Assembly: GCA_945905715.1 (NCBI GenBank)
Contig: CAMDPW010000001.1
Coordinates: 17,221 to 81,220, forward strand
Direction: 5' to 3'
Length of the DNA stretch: 64,000 bases
Origin: Rickettsia typhi
GTDB taxonomy: Bacteria; Pseudomonadota; Alphaproteobacteria; Rickettsiales; JABSSG01
The position numbers and the translations under genes are program-made. Shown here piece by piece: positions 21,704-31,363 of the stretch. Below the pieces are notes generated by a model. That model saw nothing but the letters and a program-made list of their open reading frames with translations. It searched no databases and was not told the origin of the DNA. How positions within the stretch are numbered: position 1 is the first letter of the stretch; every line of letters starts with the position of its first letter.

Positions 21704-22309
21704 ATGGTACAAATTCTTAAAAATTCTAATTCCGCATTGCAAACTGTGGTAAATAAATTAAGAAACGGTGGAATAGTCTGTTTTCCAACAGAGACTGTGT
21801 ATGCATTAGCTTGCGATGCTTGTAACGAAGACGCAATAACTAAAATATATAAGCTTAAACAACGACATTTCCATCATCCTTTATCTTTGCTAGTAAATAA
21901 TGTAGAACAAGTGAAGCAAATAGCTTATATAGATGATAAAATAGAAGCAATAATCAATAAATTTTCTCCTGGTGCGATAACCTATATATTACACAAGAAA
22001 ACCTCTTCAGGTTTATCAAGTTTGGTCAATTCTGTTAGCAATACTATAGGCATTAGGATCCCTAAACATGATATAGCTCAGGCAGTTTTGGAATTATTTA
22101 TAAAGCCTATTATTGCGACAAGTACAAATGTTTCAGGAAAAAAGAGTGCCAGTAGTGTTGATGAGATTGATCCTGTATTGGCAGAGTCTATTGATATTAT
22201 TATAGATGGTGGTAAAACTCAATACAGTACTGACTCAACTGTCATTGATTTAACTGATTCAAAAAAAATAAGAATTTTAAGAGAGGGAGTGATCAAATTA
22301 ACAGAATAA
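21704..22309 (+). CDS. tsaC: L-threonylcarbamoyladenylate synthase (YrdC/TsaC family)
   Basis: It carries the YrdC-domain pattern VCFPTETVYALACDA, followed by ...IATSTNVSGK. Confidence 0.85.
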   Translation: MVQILKNSNSALQTVVNKLRNGGIVCFPTETVYALACDACNEDAITKIYKLKQRHFHHPLSLLVNNVEQVKQIAYIDDKIEAIINKFSPGAITYILHKKTSSGLSSLVNSVSNTIGIRIPKHDIAQAVLELFIKPIIATSTNVSGKKSASSVDEIDPVLAESIDIIIDGGKTQYSTDSTVIDLTDSKKIRILREGVIKLTE

Positions 22310-23554
22310 TTGCTTCACTTGTTCATAGGGTATTATTTTGCTTATTTTGCCAATTGCAGAAATTGAAACATTGGAATTAGAGTACAATTTTTTTGCATAC
22401 TCTGTAATATTATCCTTAGTTATTATATTAATTTTCTCAAGAGTTTCAGCAGCAGTAAAATGCTTATTATAAATTGCATAATCAGAAGCTAAATCCGAGG
22501 CTTTGTGGGATGACATTTCTTTGCTTGCCATCAAAGCAGTTTTAATTCTTTCCTTTACTCTTTGCAACTCTTGGTCCAAAATACCATTTGAGGTTTTAAT
22601 TAATTCTTCAGCAATGACTGTAATGACTTCTTTTGTTTTTGCTTCATCGGTGCCTGCATATAAATTAAAAGTACCACAATCACTGTAAGTTAAATTATAT
22701 GACCCTACAGAGTATACCAATCCCCTTTTTTCTCTTACTTCTTGAAATAATCTTGAAGACATTCCATCTCCCAAGATACCTGATAATAATTGAGATACGT
22801 AATAGTCATCATCAACATAGCCAATGCTATTAAAGCACATGATTATCTGTACTTGTTCCAGGTCTTTTTCATGGTAATTGTGCCCGCCTATATATTTAAT
22901 TTCTTCAGGTTTGTTTGTAATACTTGTTTTTAACGAAGAAAAATATTTTTCTGCTAAGACTATTACTTTTTTATGCTCAATATTTCCAGCTATGGCCAAG
23001 ATTATTTGAGAAGCATTGTAGTAATTTCCTACATACTGCTTTAGATGGTCCGCATTTATTTTACTAACGATGTCTAAGGTTCCAATTATAGGTCTGCCAA
23101 TAGCTTGATCTTTAAATACTACTGCTTGTAAATTATCAAAAACCATATCTTCTGGAGAATCTAGAGATTGGGCCAATTCTTGTAGGATGACAGTTCTTTC
23201 ACGCTCTATTTCTTCATCAGCAAAAATTGAATTTTGAATAATATCTGCTAAAATAGCTAAAGCTGGTTCTACATGATTTTTTAATAAAAATATAGTATAA
23301 ACCGTATGCTCTCTTCCAGTGTAAGCATTAAAATGAGCCCCTAATAACTCAAACTCTTCAGCTATTTGTTGAGATGTTCTGTTATTGGTGCCCTTAAATG
23401 ACATATGTTCAAGAAAATGAGAAATGCCATTTGTGTCTTTTGTTTCATATCTACTACCTAGTTTTACTAGTAAATTTATTGCTACAGTTTCTGTGTGTAG
23501 CAATGTTTCGCTTACTACAGTTAAGCCGTTATTCAAAGTTTTGCACAAATGCAT
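22298..23554 (-). CDS. M16-family zinc peptidase (pitrilysin / processing-peptidase-like)
   Basis: It has the inverted zinc motif HFLEH and a downstream glutamate. It is 418 aa long. Confidence 0.85.
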   Translation of the reverse strand: MHLCKTLNNGLTVVSETLLHTETVAINLLVKLGSRYETKDTNGISHFLEHMSFKGTNNRTSQQIAEEFELLGAHFNAYTGREHTVYTIFLLKNHVEPALAILADIIQNSIFADEEIERERTVILQELAQSLDSPEDMVFDNLQAVVFKDQAIGRPIIGTLDIVSKINADHLKQYVGNYYNASQIILAIAGNIEHKKVIVLAEKYFSSLKTSITNKPEEIKYIGGHNYHEKDLEQVQIIMCFNSIGYVDDDYYVSQLLSGILGDGMSSRLFQEVREKRGLVYSVGSYNLTYSDCGTFNLYAGTDEAKTKEVITVIAEELIKTSNGILDQELQRVKERIKTALMASKEMSSHKASDLASDYAIYNKHFTAAETLEKINIITKDNITEYAKKLYSNSNVSISAIGKISKIIPYEQVKQLFC

Positions 23555-23657
23555 AAATATAACTTAAGTTAATTGGAATAAGCAGTAACCTATAACTAAG
23601 TAATATAAATGTAAACTTATTTATGGTTGTTGTTATACAGAGCGTAGCGTATTTTCA

Positions 23658-23945
23658 TTGCATATGTTTTTTGATAAACAAGACTATATATATTTGTATA
23701 TAACCCAAAGTATGCTATGGTCAGGAAAAATAGAATTCAAAATGATTGCAGTTTTTAGTTTTTATTTGTTACTTATTGCTATGCTTGTGGTTTATATTTT
23801 TTACCAAAGAAATCAATATACTAAAGAGTTATTAATAGTTCTAGTAATTAAAATTAATTTTATCACACTATTATATATTTTGTTCTTTAGCTCTAGTCAA
23901 CGCGTTCATATAGACGATGTGATGCTCAATCATTTGTTGAAATAA
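23658..23945 (+). CDS. Hypothetical small membrane protein upstream of cydA
   Basis: It has two clearly hydrophobic segments, MIAVFSFYLLLIAMLVVYIFY and LLIVLVIKINFITLLYILFF. It ends 18 nt before cydA, and I recognise no family. Confidence 0.3.
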   Translation: MHMFFDKQDYIYLYITQSMLWSGKIEFKMIAVFSFYLLLIAMLVVYIFYQRNQYTKELLIVLVIKINFITLLYILFFSSSQRVHIDDVMLNHLLK

Positions 23946-23963
23946 AAAATTAGGGAGTTATTT

Positions 23964-25493
23964 ATGAGCTTGGATTTAGTAGACATTTCAAGATTACAAT
24001 TTGCAGTGACTGTAATTTATCACTTTTTATTTGTACCTTTGACAATTGGTCTGGCCTTAATTCTGGCAGTTATGGAAAGCGTATACGTCATGACAAATGA
24101 CAAGATTTGGTTAAGCGCTACCAAGTTTTGGGGTAAACTATTTGCAATAAATTTTGCTATGGGGGTTGCAACCGGCATAACTATGGAGTTTCAGTTCGGT
24201 ACTAATTGGGCGTACTTCTCGCATTATGTTGGTGATATTTTTGGTGTGCCACTTGCAATCGAAGGGCTAATGGCATTTTTCTTGGAAAGTACATTTGTAG
24301 GACTATTTTTGTTTGGTTGGGATAGGTTAAGTAAAACAGGGCACTTGTTCTGCACGTGTTTAATGGCTTTAGGAGCCAATTTATCTGCTTTGTGGATTCT
24401 CATAGCAAACGCTTGGATGCAGCATCCAGTTGGCGCTATATTTAACCCAGAGACTATGAGAATGGAACTAGAATCAATATCGGCTGTAATTTTTAATGAT
24501 ACGGCACAGGCTAAATTCGTGCATACTGTGAGTGCAAGTTACGTAACAGGCGCTATGTTTGTTTTAGCAATTAGTTGTTATTATTTACTAAAAAAACGAC
24601 ATATAGAGATAGCAAAAAGATCAGTAATTGTTGCTACCAGTTTTGGTTTATTATCAGCTTTGTCTGTAGTTGTGCTCGGCGATGAAAGCGGCTATAATGA
24701 TGGTGAAAATCAAAAAATGAAAATGGCAAGTATTGAAGCAATGTGGGATACAGAAATTCCTCCTGCTAGCTTCACTCTTTTTGGTATTCCTAATCAAGAG
24801 AAAATGATCACGGAATATGCAATCAGAATCCCATATATAATGGGTATTATTGGTACTAGATCTCTAACTAAGCCTATTCCTGGTATTAAAGATTTAATGG
24901 TCATGGCTAAGGGGCAAATTAAATCTGGAATTAAGGAATATGAAGTTTTAGAGCGTTTGCGTTATGGCAGAAGCATAAATCCCAAGGCAGATACAGAGTT
25001 TTTAAGGAGTAACTATCATAATATCGGCTATGCGTTTTTATTAAAGAAATTTACTAACGATATAGTACATGCCTCTGAAGCAGATATTGACAAGGCTGTT
25101 TTATATACCGTGCCACATATATGGCCAATTTTCTTTTCTTTTAGAGTCATGGTAGGGTGCGGTTTATTTTTTATTATTTTGTTCGCTACTGCGTTTTACT
25201 ATATGAATATAAAACGTGAATTCAGTAAAATTTGGTTATTAAAGATTTCTTTATATAGCTTGCCATTACCTTGGATTGCGGCAGAACTTGGATGGATTGT
25301 AGCTGAATATGGTCGTCAGCCATGGGCTATTCATGGTATTTTACCAACTTTTATGGGTGTATCGTCAGTATCTAAAGGGAGCGTGATCATGAGTTTAGCA
25401 GGGTTTATATTGCTTTATACGACGTTATTGATTGTAGACATTTATTTAATGATGAAATACATAAAATTAGGACCAGAAATAGAGAAAAACTAA
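23964..25493 (+). CDS. cydA: Cytochrome bd ubiquinol oxidase subunit I
   Basis: It starts with RLQFAVTVIYHFLFVPLTIGL, has a Q-loop, and carries GWIVAEYGRQPW. Confidence 0.95.
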   Translation: MSLDLVDISRLQFAVTVIYHFLFVPLTIGLALILAVMESVYVMTNDKIWLSATKFWGKLFAINFAMGVATGITMEFQFGTNWAYFSHYVGDIFGVPLAIEGLMAFFLESTFVGLFLFGWDRLSKTGHLFCTCLMALGANLSALWILIANAWMQHPVGAIFNPETMRMELESISAVIFNDTAQAKFVHTVSASYVTGAMFVLAISCYYLLKKRHIEIAKRSVIVATSFGLLSALSVVVLGDESGYNDGENQKMKMASIEAMWDTEIPPASFTLFGIPNQEKMITEYAIRIPYIMGIIGTRSLTKPIPGIKDLMVMAKGQIKSGIKEYEVLERLRYGRSINPKADTEFLRSNYHNIGYAFLLKKFTNDIVHASEADIDKAVLYTVPHIWPIFFSFRVMVGCGLFFIILFATAFYYMNIKREFSKIWLLKISLYSLPLPWIAAELGWIVAEYGRQPWAIHGILPTFMGVSSVSKGSVIMSLAGFILLYTTLLIVDIYLMMKYIKLGPEIEKN

Positions 25494-25523
25494 GCTTATC
25501 TTTTAATTGAAGCAAGGAAAAAA

Positions 25524-26666
25524 ATGATAATCTTTGATTATGAAATACTGAGAATTCTTTGGTGGTGCTTACTAGGCGTTATACTTATTGGCTTTGCTTT
25601 GATGGGTGGTATTGATTTGGGTATAGGTGCGTTACTTCCATTTATCTCAAAAAATAATATTGAACGAAGGATTATGCTTAACGTTTCTGGACCTACTTGG
25701 GAGGGTAATCAAGTTTGGTTTATTCTTGGAGGTGGGGCCATTTTTGCAGCTTGGCCTTTTGTATACGCGGTAGCTTTTTCTACATTTTATTTTGCATTAT
25801 TTTTAGTGCTATTAGCATTGATATTACGACCAGTAGGATTTGATTTTCGTAATAAGATAGATAACAATAAATGGCGTAATATATGGGACGCAGCTCTTTT
25901 TATTGGTGGTTTTGTACCGTCTTTAGTTTTTGGTATAGCAGTAGGTAATGTGTTGCATGGCATTAGCTTTTCTTTTAACGAAATGTTAGTAATAAACAAT
26001 CAGGTAAATTTTTTGTCATTGTTTACTACATTTACACTTTTGTGCGGTATTTTAAGTGTTGCTATAATTTTAACTCAAGGGGCGGCATTCTTGACTCTCA
26101 AAACTGAAAGTTCAATTGAGGCGAGATGCAGAATTGTTATGCTGGTAGTGCCTTTTCTTTCTATAGTCTTATTTGCTATCGGAGGTTACATGATTAGCCA
26201 AATGAAAGGGTATGAAATTTTGGATTACTCAGGAAGTGCAGGACCATCAAATCCACTGAACAAGATTGTAGTGGCTCAAACCGGTTTGTGGCTATTAAAC
26301 TATGATAAATATCATTGGATAGTAACTGCTCCAATTCTTGGTTTCAGCGGAGCATTTTTAGTAATTATTTTTGCATTCACTAGGCGCTATGTATGGGCAT
26401 TTTTATCTAGTTCCTTATCGATCATAGGAATCATTTCTACTGTCGGTTTGTCTATGTTTCCATTTATTATCCCTTCAAACCTCAATTACAGTGCGAGTTT
26501 AACAGTATGGGATGCTTCAAGCAGTAAGAATACTTTACTTATAATGTTGGTTTCTGTAATAATTTTTATGCCAATAATTATTATATATACTACCTGGGCA
26601 TATAAAGTGATGTTTGGTAAAGTCACGGCGTTGTGTATCAAGGAAAAAGATAAATCTCTATATTAG
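25524..26666 (+). CDS. cydB: Cytochrome bd ubiquinol oxidase subunit II
   Basis: It is polytopic with LRILWWCLLGVILIGFALMGGIDLG at the N-terminus. It lies immediately after cydA. Confidence 0.9.
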   Translation: MIIFDYEILRILWWCLLGVILIGFALMGGIDLGIGALLPFISKNNIERRIMLNVSGPTWEGNQVWFILGGGAIFAAWPFVYAVAFSTFYFALFLVLLALILRPVGFDFRNKIDNNKWRNIWDAALFIGGFVPSLVFGIAVGNVLHGISFSFNEMLVINNQVNFLSLFTTFTLLCGILSVAIILTQGAAFLTLKTESSIEARCRIVMLVVPFLSIVLFAIGGYMISQMKGYEILDYSGSAGPSNPLNKIVVAQTGLWLLNYDKYHWIVTAPILGFSGAFLVIIFAFTRRYVWAFLSSSLSIIGIISTVGLSMFPFIIPSNLNYSASLTVWDASSSKNTLLIMLVSVIIFMPIIIIYTTWAYKVMFGKVTALCIKEKDKSLY

Positions 26667-26681
26667 AAAGGAAAAAAATTT

Positions 26682-26810
26682 ATGTGGTATTTTTCATGGA
26701 TTTTAGGAATGAGTCTAGCTTGTACGTTTAGTATTTTAAATGCATTATGGTATGAGATTGGACAGCGATCTAAAAATAGAGCTTCTTACAAAACTAAAAA
26801 AGTAGTATAA
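26682..26810 (+). CDS. cydX: Cytochrome bd oxidase small subunit CydX/YbgT (42 aa)
   Basis: It is below the ORF-track size cutoff. The translation is MWYFSWILGMSLACTFSILNALWYEIGQRSKNRASYKTKKVV. That matches the MWYF(A/S)WILG...AC.F signature of E. coli CydX, and the ORF starts 15 nt after cydB. Confidence 0.8.
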   Translation: MWYFSWILGMSLACTFSILNALWYEIGQRSKNRASYKTKKVV

Positions 26811-27136
26811 TTTGATTACTAAACTTGTGATAAGTATTTCCAGTACTAGGAAATGTATGGCATAAACCTGTTTTGTTTTTAGTTCAACCGCTGGTCTAAT
26901 TTTTAATTGCAACTATAATAAAATATTTTTAGTTAAAAATATGGATAATAGCTTTACAAGTTCTTCAATAGCCTATTGATATTTATATATTTTTTATTTT
27001 AGATTGCATTCCAGATCTAAACCTGACAAATTCTACAATAATAATACTTATTTAGAAGTATTTGCTTCAGTTCTAATAGTCCTAATTCTTAAATGATCAT
27101 TATTATAAATAATTGTCAAGTGTGTTTCTGAACCGA

Positions 27137-28234
27137 TCAAAAACCTATAAATTGATTGATTTCATGCTTAGTTAAAGCAATCACTTTAAATAATAATCCC
27201 ATTTGCTGCGGACTAATTAAGCGATTATAGCCGCGTATCATTGTTTCTTGCTGAGTGCTAGTTGTATTTCTAAGTAACATTTCTTTACGATCATTAATAC
27301 ACATATTAAGCAAAAATTTACGTTGAGTGATTGGACCATAAGTTTTGATACCACAAAGTTGAGCTGCTGTAACAAGAGCTGTAAAATTCACGTGAGTTGA
27401 AATATCGGCGTTGCCAAGATTATGTAGTATTGAACAATATTTATGATTTTTTATAGCCTGTAAACTAGATATAAATACTCTACTAATTGTATCAATATAA
27501 CCATAGTCTATAAATAATCCACCACCATTATATTTATTTATGTGCACAGAAATTTGCTTGACTACATCTACTGATTCTTTACACAATTCAACAATACCAT
27601 CATGAGGGACGTGAGAATAATCTTGCAGTAAAATATTTTGAGTCTTTTCATCAATTGACATCTTACAAAAATTCATTTTTTTTGATGACTGTTCGATGTC
27701 TATGCCAATCTCATACCATTGTTCTTTACATTTGATGTACTGGGAAATTGGTAATGCATCGAAAAATTCATTAGCAATAAAAATTGCCGCTTGTTTAGGT
27801 AGTTGATCAATATTAGTATGCCAGTATTTTTTAATTTGCTCTATTTGTCCAAGAGTAATTTGTTGTTTGATTATAAGATTTTTACCAATCTCAATAAAAT
27901 GCATAGAAATTGCTTGATGAAATCCTGGTATATTTTTTGTAGCTTTAACCATATCCATTGCTAGAGTCCCGTTTCCAGGACCAAGTTCAACAATCATTAT
28001 ATTATTTGGACAACCAAGAATTTGCCATAAATTTACACACCAAATACCAATAATTTCGCCAAATAATTGACTAATTTCAGGAGAGGTTACAAAATCTCCT
28101 TTGTGACCAATTTCTTGTATATTGGAGTAGTAACCATGTTCTCTATTTTTTGATAATAAACACATAAATGTAGCTAACGACATCTGTCCTTTTTCTACAA
28201 TATCACTCATAACTAGCTTGGTTAGATTAGTCAT
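27137..28234 (-). CDS. MidA/NDUFAF7-family SAM-dependent methyltransferase (DUF185)
   Basis: It carries EHGYYSN...GDFVTSPEISQLFGE...VELGPGNGTL. Confidence 0.85.
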   Translation of the reverse strand: MTNLTKLVMSDIVEKGQMSLATFMCLLSKNREHGYYSNIQEIGHKGDFVTSPEISQLFGEIIGIWCVNLWQILGCPNNIMIVELGPGNGTLAMDMVKATKNIPGFHQAISMHFIEIGKNLIIKQQITLGQIEQIKKYWHTNIDQLPKQAAIFIANEFFDALPISQYIKCKEQWYEIGIDIEQSSKKMNFCKMSIDEKTQNILLQDYSHVPHDGIVELCKESVDVVKQISVHINKYNGGGLFIDYGYIDTISRVFISSLQAIKNHKYCSILHNLGNADISTHVNFTALVTAAQLCGIKTYGPITQRKFLLNMCINDRKEMLLRNTTSTQQETMIRGYNRLISPQQMGLLFKVIALTKHEINQFIGF

Positions 28235-28235
28235 T

Positions 28236-29387
28236 TTAGTTTATTATTTGTTCAACGATACTGTTTAAGAGTAATCTACCTTGAGTAGTGAGAGCGATAG
28301 TGTATTGATCATGTATAATGTAATTCTTTAGGCATAAATCATGTAATGCTTTTGCATTTAATACGTTATTTACTGGATGTCCAAGCAAGCGTTTTAACTT
28401 GGTCAAATTTACTCCTTCATTGATACGCAAGCCCATAATCATATATTCATATAAAATTTCTTGAGGTGTTAGTAAAGTTTTTTGTTGGACGGGGGATTTT
28501 TTTTTAGAGATATTTTTTAGCCAGATTTGTGGGTCATGAAGCATAACCATTGCATGTGGTTTTTCTTCAATGAAAATACGACTATGTGCACCAGGTCCAA
28601 TACCAAGATATTGATTGTAACGCCAATAAGAGAGATTGTGTTGTGATTGAAAGCTTGGGATAGTAGCATAATTTGATATTTCATAGGCTTCTAACCCATG
28701 CTCCATCATAAAATCATTAGTCAGTATATAAAGATCAGCTGCTAAATCTTGATTCGGGATGGTAAATTTTTTCTTTTGGTATAGTTGGTAAAATTGAGTG
28801 CCTTTTTCAATACTCAATTGGTATAAAGAGAGGTGATTTTTAGCATATTGTACGGCCTCTAACATTTCTTGTTGCCAAGCGTTAACTGTTTGATTAGGTC
28901 TGGCATAAATTAGATCAAAAGAATAATTGTCGAATACTTTATTTGCAATCTTTAGTGCGTCTATTGCTTCGGTTTTAGAATGAGCACGTCCTAAGAACTT
29001 TAAATCTACTTCATTAAAGGACTGAATACCAATAGAAACTCGATTTATACCAGCGGCTTTAAATCCTATAAATTTATTACTTTCAACTGAAGTTGGATTA
29101 GCTTCAAGAGTAATTTCAATACTATTATGAAATGAGTTGATAGTAAGTAACTTATCAATGATCTTGGCTACAGTATGTACTGGCATTAATGATGGAGTGC
29201 CTCCACCAAAGAAAACAGAAGTTATATTATGATTTTTAATGATATTTGCGTACTCATTAATTTGTTTTAGGTAGGCATCAAGCCAAGCTTCTTGGTCAAT
29301 AGAACTATGTACATGGCTATTAAAGTCACAGTAAGGACATTTAGATTGACAGAAAGGCCAGTGTATATAGATAGCGAGGTCGTTCAC
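28236..29387 (-). CDS. hemW: Radical SAM heme chaperone HemW (HemN-like)
   Basis: It has IYIHWPFCQSKCPYCDF (a CxxxCxxC motif) and FFGGGTPS. Confidence 0.9.
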   Translation of the reverse strand: MNDLAIYIHWPFCQSKCPYCDFNSHVHSSIDQEAWLDAYLKQINEYANIIKNHNITSVFFGGGTPSLMPVHTVAKIIDKLLTINSFHNSIEITLEANPTSVESNKFIGFKAAGINRVSIGIQSFNEVDLKFLGRAHSKTEAIDALKIANKVFDNYSFDLIYARPNQTVNAWQQEMLEAVQYAKNHLSLYQLSIEKGTQFYQLYQKKKFTIPNQDLAADLYILTNDFMMEHGLEAYEISNYATIPSFQSQHNLSYWRYNQYLGIGPGAHSRIFIEEKPHAMVMLHDPQIWLKNISKKKSPVQQKTLLTPQEILYEYMIMGLRINEGVNLTKLKRLLGHPVNNVLNAKALHDLCLKNYIIHDQYTIALTTQGRLLLNSIVEQIIN

Positions 29388-30104
29388 CTAAATTCTTAAT
29401 GCTTTTTTTTGAATTTCAAATAAGTTTGCAGTTCCTTCTTGAGCGAGCTTAAGTAACTCATTAAACTGACTTACACTAAATGTACTTTCTTCACCTGAAG
29501 CTTGTACTTCGATTAAACTACCAGCTGAATCCATAACAAAATTAGCATCAATTTCTGCACTACTATCTTCAATATAATCTAAATCAAGCATAGGAACGCC
29601 ATCAACGATCCCGCATGATACTGCTGCAACTTGATTCACTATGGGATTTTTATAAATTAAACCATTCTGTACAAGCTTCTTAATAGCAAGATATAGAGCA
29701 ACATAACCACCAGTAATTGAAGCAGTTCTAGTTCCTCCATCAGCTTGAATGACATCACAGTCAATAATTACTTGTCTTTCGCCTATACTCTCCAAGTCTA
29801 CTGTGGCACGTAATGATCTAGCAATTAATCTTTGAATTTCGTGCGTTCTTCCACCTTGCTTGCCAGTAGCTGCTTCCCTTTTTAATCTATTATGAGTTGA
29901 GCGTGGTAACATACCGTATTCCGCCGTTATCCACCCTTTACCTTTATTTTTTAGGAAAGGTGGTACAGTTTCATCAATGGTTGCAGTGCATAACACTTGT
30001 GTATTACCGAACTTTATAAAACACGAACCTTCAGCATATGCATTGACACCAATATCGATGCTAATTTTTCTTAGTTCATTATTTTGTCTTCTAGAGTTTC
30101 TCAT
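29388..30104 (-). CDS. rph: Ribonuclease PH
   Basis: It carries [26 protein letters not shown] and [18 protein letters not shown]. Confidence 0.95.
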   Translation of the reverse strand: MRNSRRQNNELRKISIDIGVNAYAEGSCFIKFGNTQVLCTATIDETVPPFLKNKGKGWITAEYGMLPRSTHNRLKREAATGKQGGRTHEIQRLIARSLRATVDLESIGERQVIIDCDVIQADGGTRTASITGGYVALYLAIKKLVQNGLIYKNPIVNQVAAVSCGIVDGVPMLDLDYIEDSSAEIDANFVMDSAGSLIEVQASGEESTFSVSQFNELLKLAQEGTANLFEIQKKALRI

Positions 30105-30126
30105 ACTATTTTTCTCGCTTTAGTCT

Positions 30127-30157
30127 CTTGAAAATGTTATAGATTATACTTAAATAT
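30127..30157 (+). promoter_or_regulatory. Candidate sigma-32-type promoter upstream of grpE
   Basis: CTTGAA (30127-30132) is followed by a 16-nt spacer and then CTTAAATAT (30149-30157). This is about 47 nt upstream of the grpE ATG. The -35 element is exact but the -10 element is only partial. Confidence 0.3.
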
Positions 30158-30203
30158 ACATATCATTTATATAAAAGCACTATTTTAATTACAAATTGAG
30201 ATT

Positions 30204-30779
30204 ATGGAAAAGAAAAATAACGCACAAGAAAAAGATATTGAAAATAATAATCAAGATATTCAGCAATCTCATGTAAAAGACAATGTAGAAGTTGAAGATA
30301 ACCAAAAGCGTATTGCGATTCTAGAGGAGCAGGCACAAGATTTAAAAGATCAGATGCTGCGAGCTTTGGCAGAAGGTGATAATATTAGAAAACGCGCAAT
30401 CAAAGAAGTGGCAGATGCTCAGAAATACGCAGTTTCTGGTTTCGCTAATGATTTAACCAATGTACTTGAAAACTTATATCGCTCCACTGAGCATTTAAAT
30501 GAAGAATCGTTACAAAACGAAGAGATTAAAAAAATTTCCGAAGGAATTGACATCACTCGTAAAGAATTTATCACTGTACTTGAGAAGAACGGAGTAAAAA
30601 GAATCGCTCCAAAAAGTGGAGATAAATTTGATCATAATTTTCATCAGGCTCTTTCGCAACAGTGTCATGAAGATTATCCTAATGAAACAATTTTGCATGT
30701 TGTTCAGGCCGGGTATGTTTTGAGTGACCGCTTACTTAGGCCAGCTATGGTGGTAGTGAGTACTAAAACAGAAAAATAG
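30204..30779 (+). CDS. grpE: Nucleotide exchange factor GrpE
   Basis: It has an acidic N-terminus and a coiled coil. It carries DQMLRALAEGDNIRKR and the C-terminal VLSDRLLRPAMVVVS. Confidence 0.9.
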   Translation: MEKKNNAQEKDIENNNQDIQQSHVKDNVEVEDNQKRIAILEEQAQDLKDQMLRALAEGDNIRKRAIKEVADAQKYAVSGFANDLTNVLENLYRSTEHLNEESLQNEEIKKISEGIDITRKEFITVLEKNGVKRIAPKSGDKFDHNFHQALSQQCHEDYPNETILHVVQAGYVLSDRLLRPAMVVVSTKTEK

Positions 30780-31028
30780 CTTACTCTTAGAGTAGAGCTG
30801 TAGACAGAAGCAATACACATACAAAATTAAAGTGGACGATTCTCCTCACCTAGTATTTTTACTGCACTCATTGCTTCTATCTTCTTTACCATGTCATTTA
30901 CTTATTTTTTAGATATAATCCTATATTCCCAGATTTGATAGACACGATTAGTGCCTAGTTGCACAATTACTACATAGCATAAAGCATTTATTATCAACGG
31001 ATTTTTATAATAAACACCGTTCTTGCAA

Positions 31029-31262
31029 TCAGTAAAATATCAATTTAAACAATCCTTCTTTATAATTAATACCATAAACATTTCCTGTATCCAACTCTTT
31101 GGCGTGTACTTGTAACTTTCTTTTTTTACACTCATCAATATCTACAATATCAGCATAATCTACCTCTGATTCAGTCATTGATGGAATTAATTTGGCAATA
31201 TAAGACGGATGAATTGGCGCACTATCAAATAGAAAGTCTTCAGCCCAGCAAGACTGGTTCAT
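31029..31262 (-). CDS. Hypothetical protein, possibly a frameshifted fragment
   Basis: It is a 77-aa ORF with no recognisable family. A second frame continues for about 43 more codons after its stop (see findings). Confidence 0.25.
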   Translation of the reverse strand: MNQSCWAEDFLFDSAPIHPSYIAKLIPSMTESEVDYADIVDIDECKKRKLQVHAKELDTGNVYGINYKEGLFKLIFY

Positions 31263-31363
31263 GATTACGATTAAAAAAAATTTTTGATATTATTGCATTA
31301 TAAACAAAAAAAACAAAAGCCGTACAAAAAGTACAGCTTTTGCTTCTAAAATTTTAATGTGAA

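Noticed and set aside
29927-29935. DnaA-box-like TTATCCACC, considered as a hint of a replication origin.
   Set aside because: It is a single copy inside the rph coding sequence. There is no cluster of boxes, no AT-rich unwinding element context, and no dnaA, dnaN or hemE synteny.
31029-31262. Possible IS630/mariner transposase fragment, because of ..FDSAPIHPS.. (compare DNA.IH).
   Set aside because: The downstream sequence does not continue into the expected ...PPYSP.LNPIE... block. No inverted repeats or other DDE segments are nearby.
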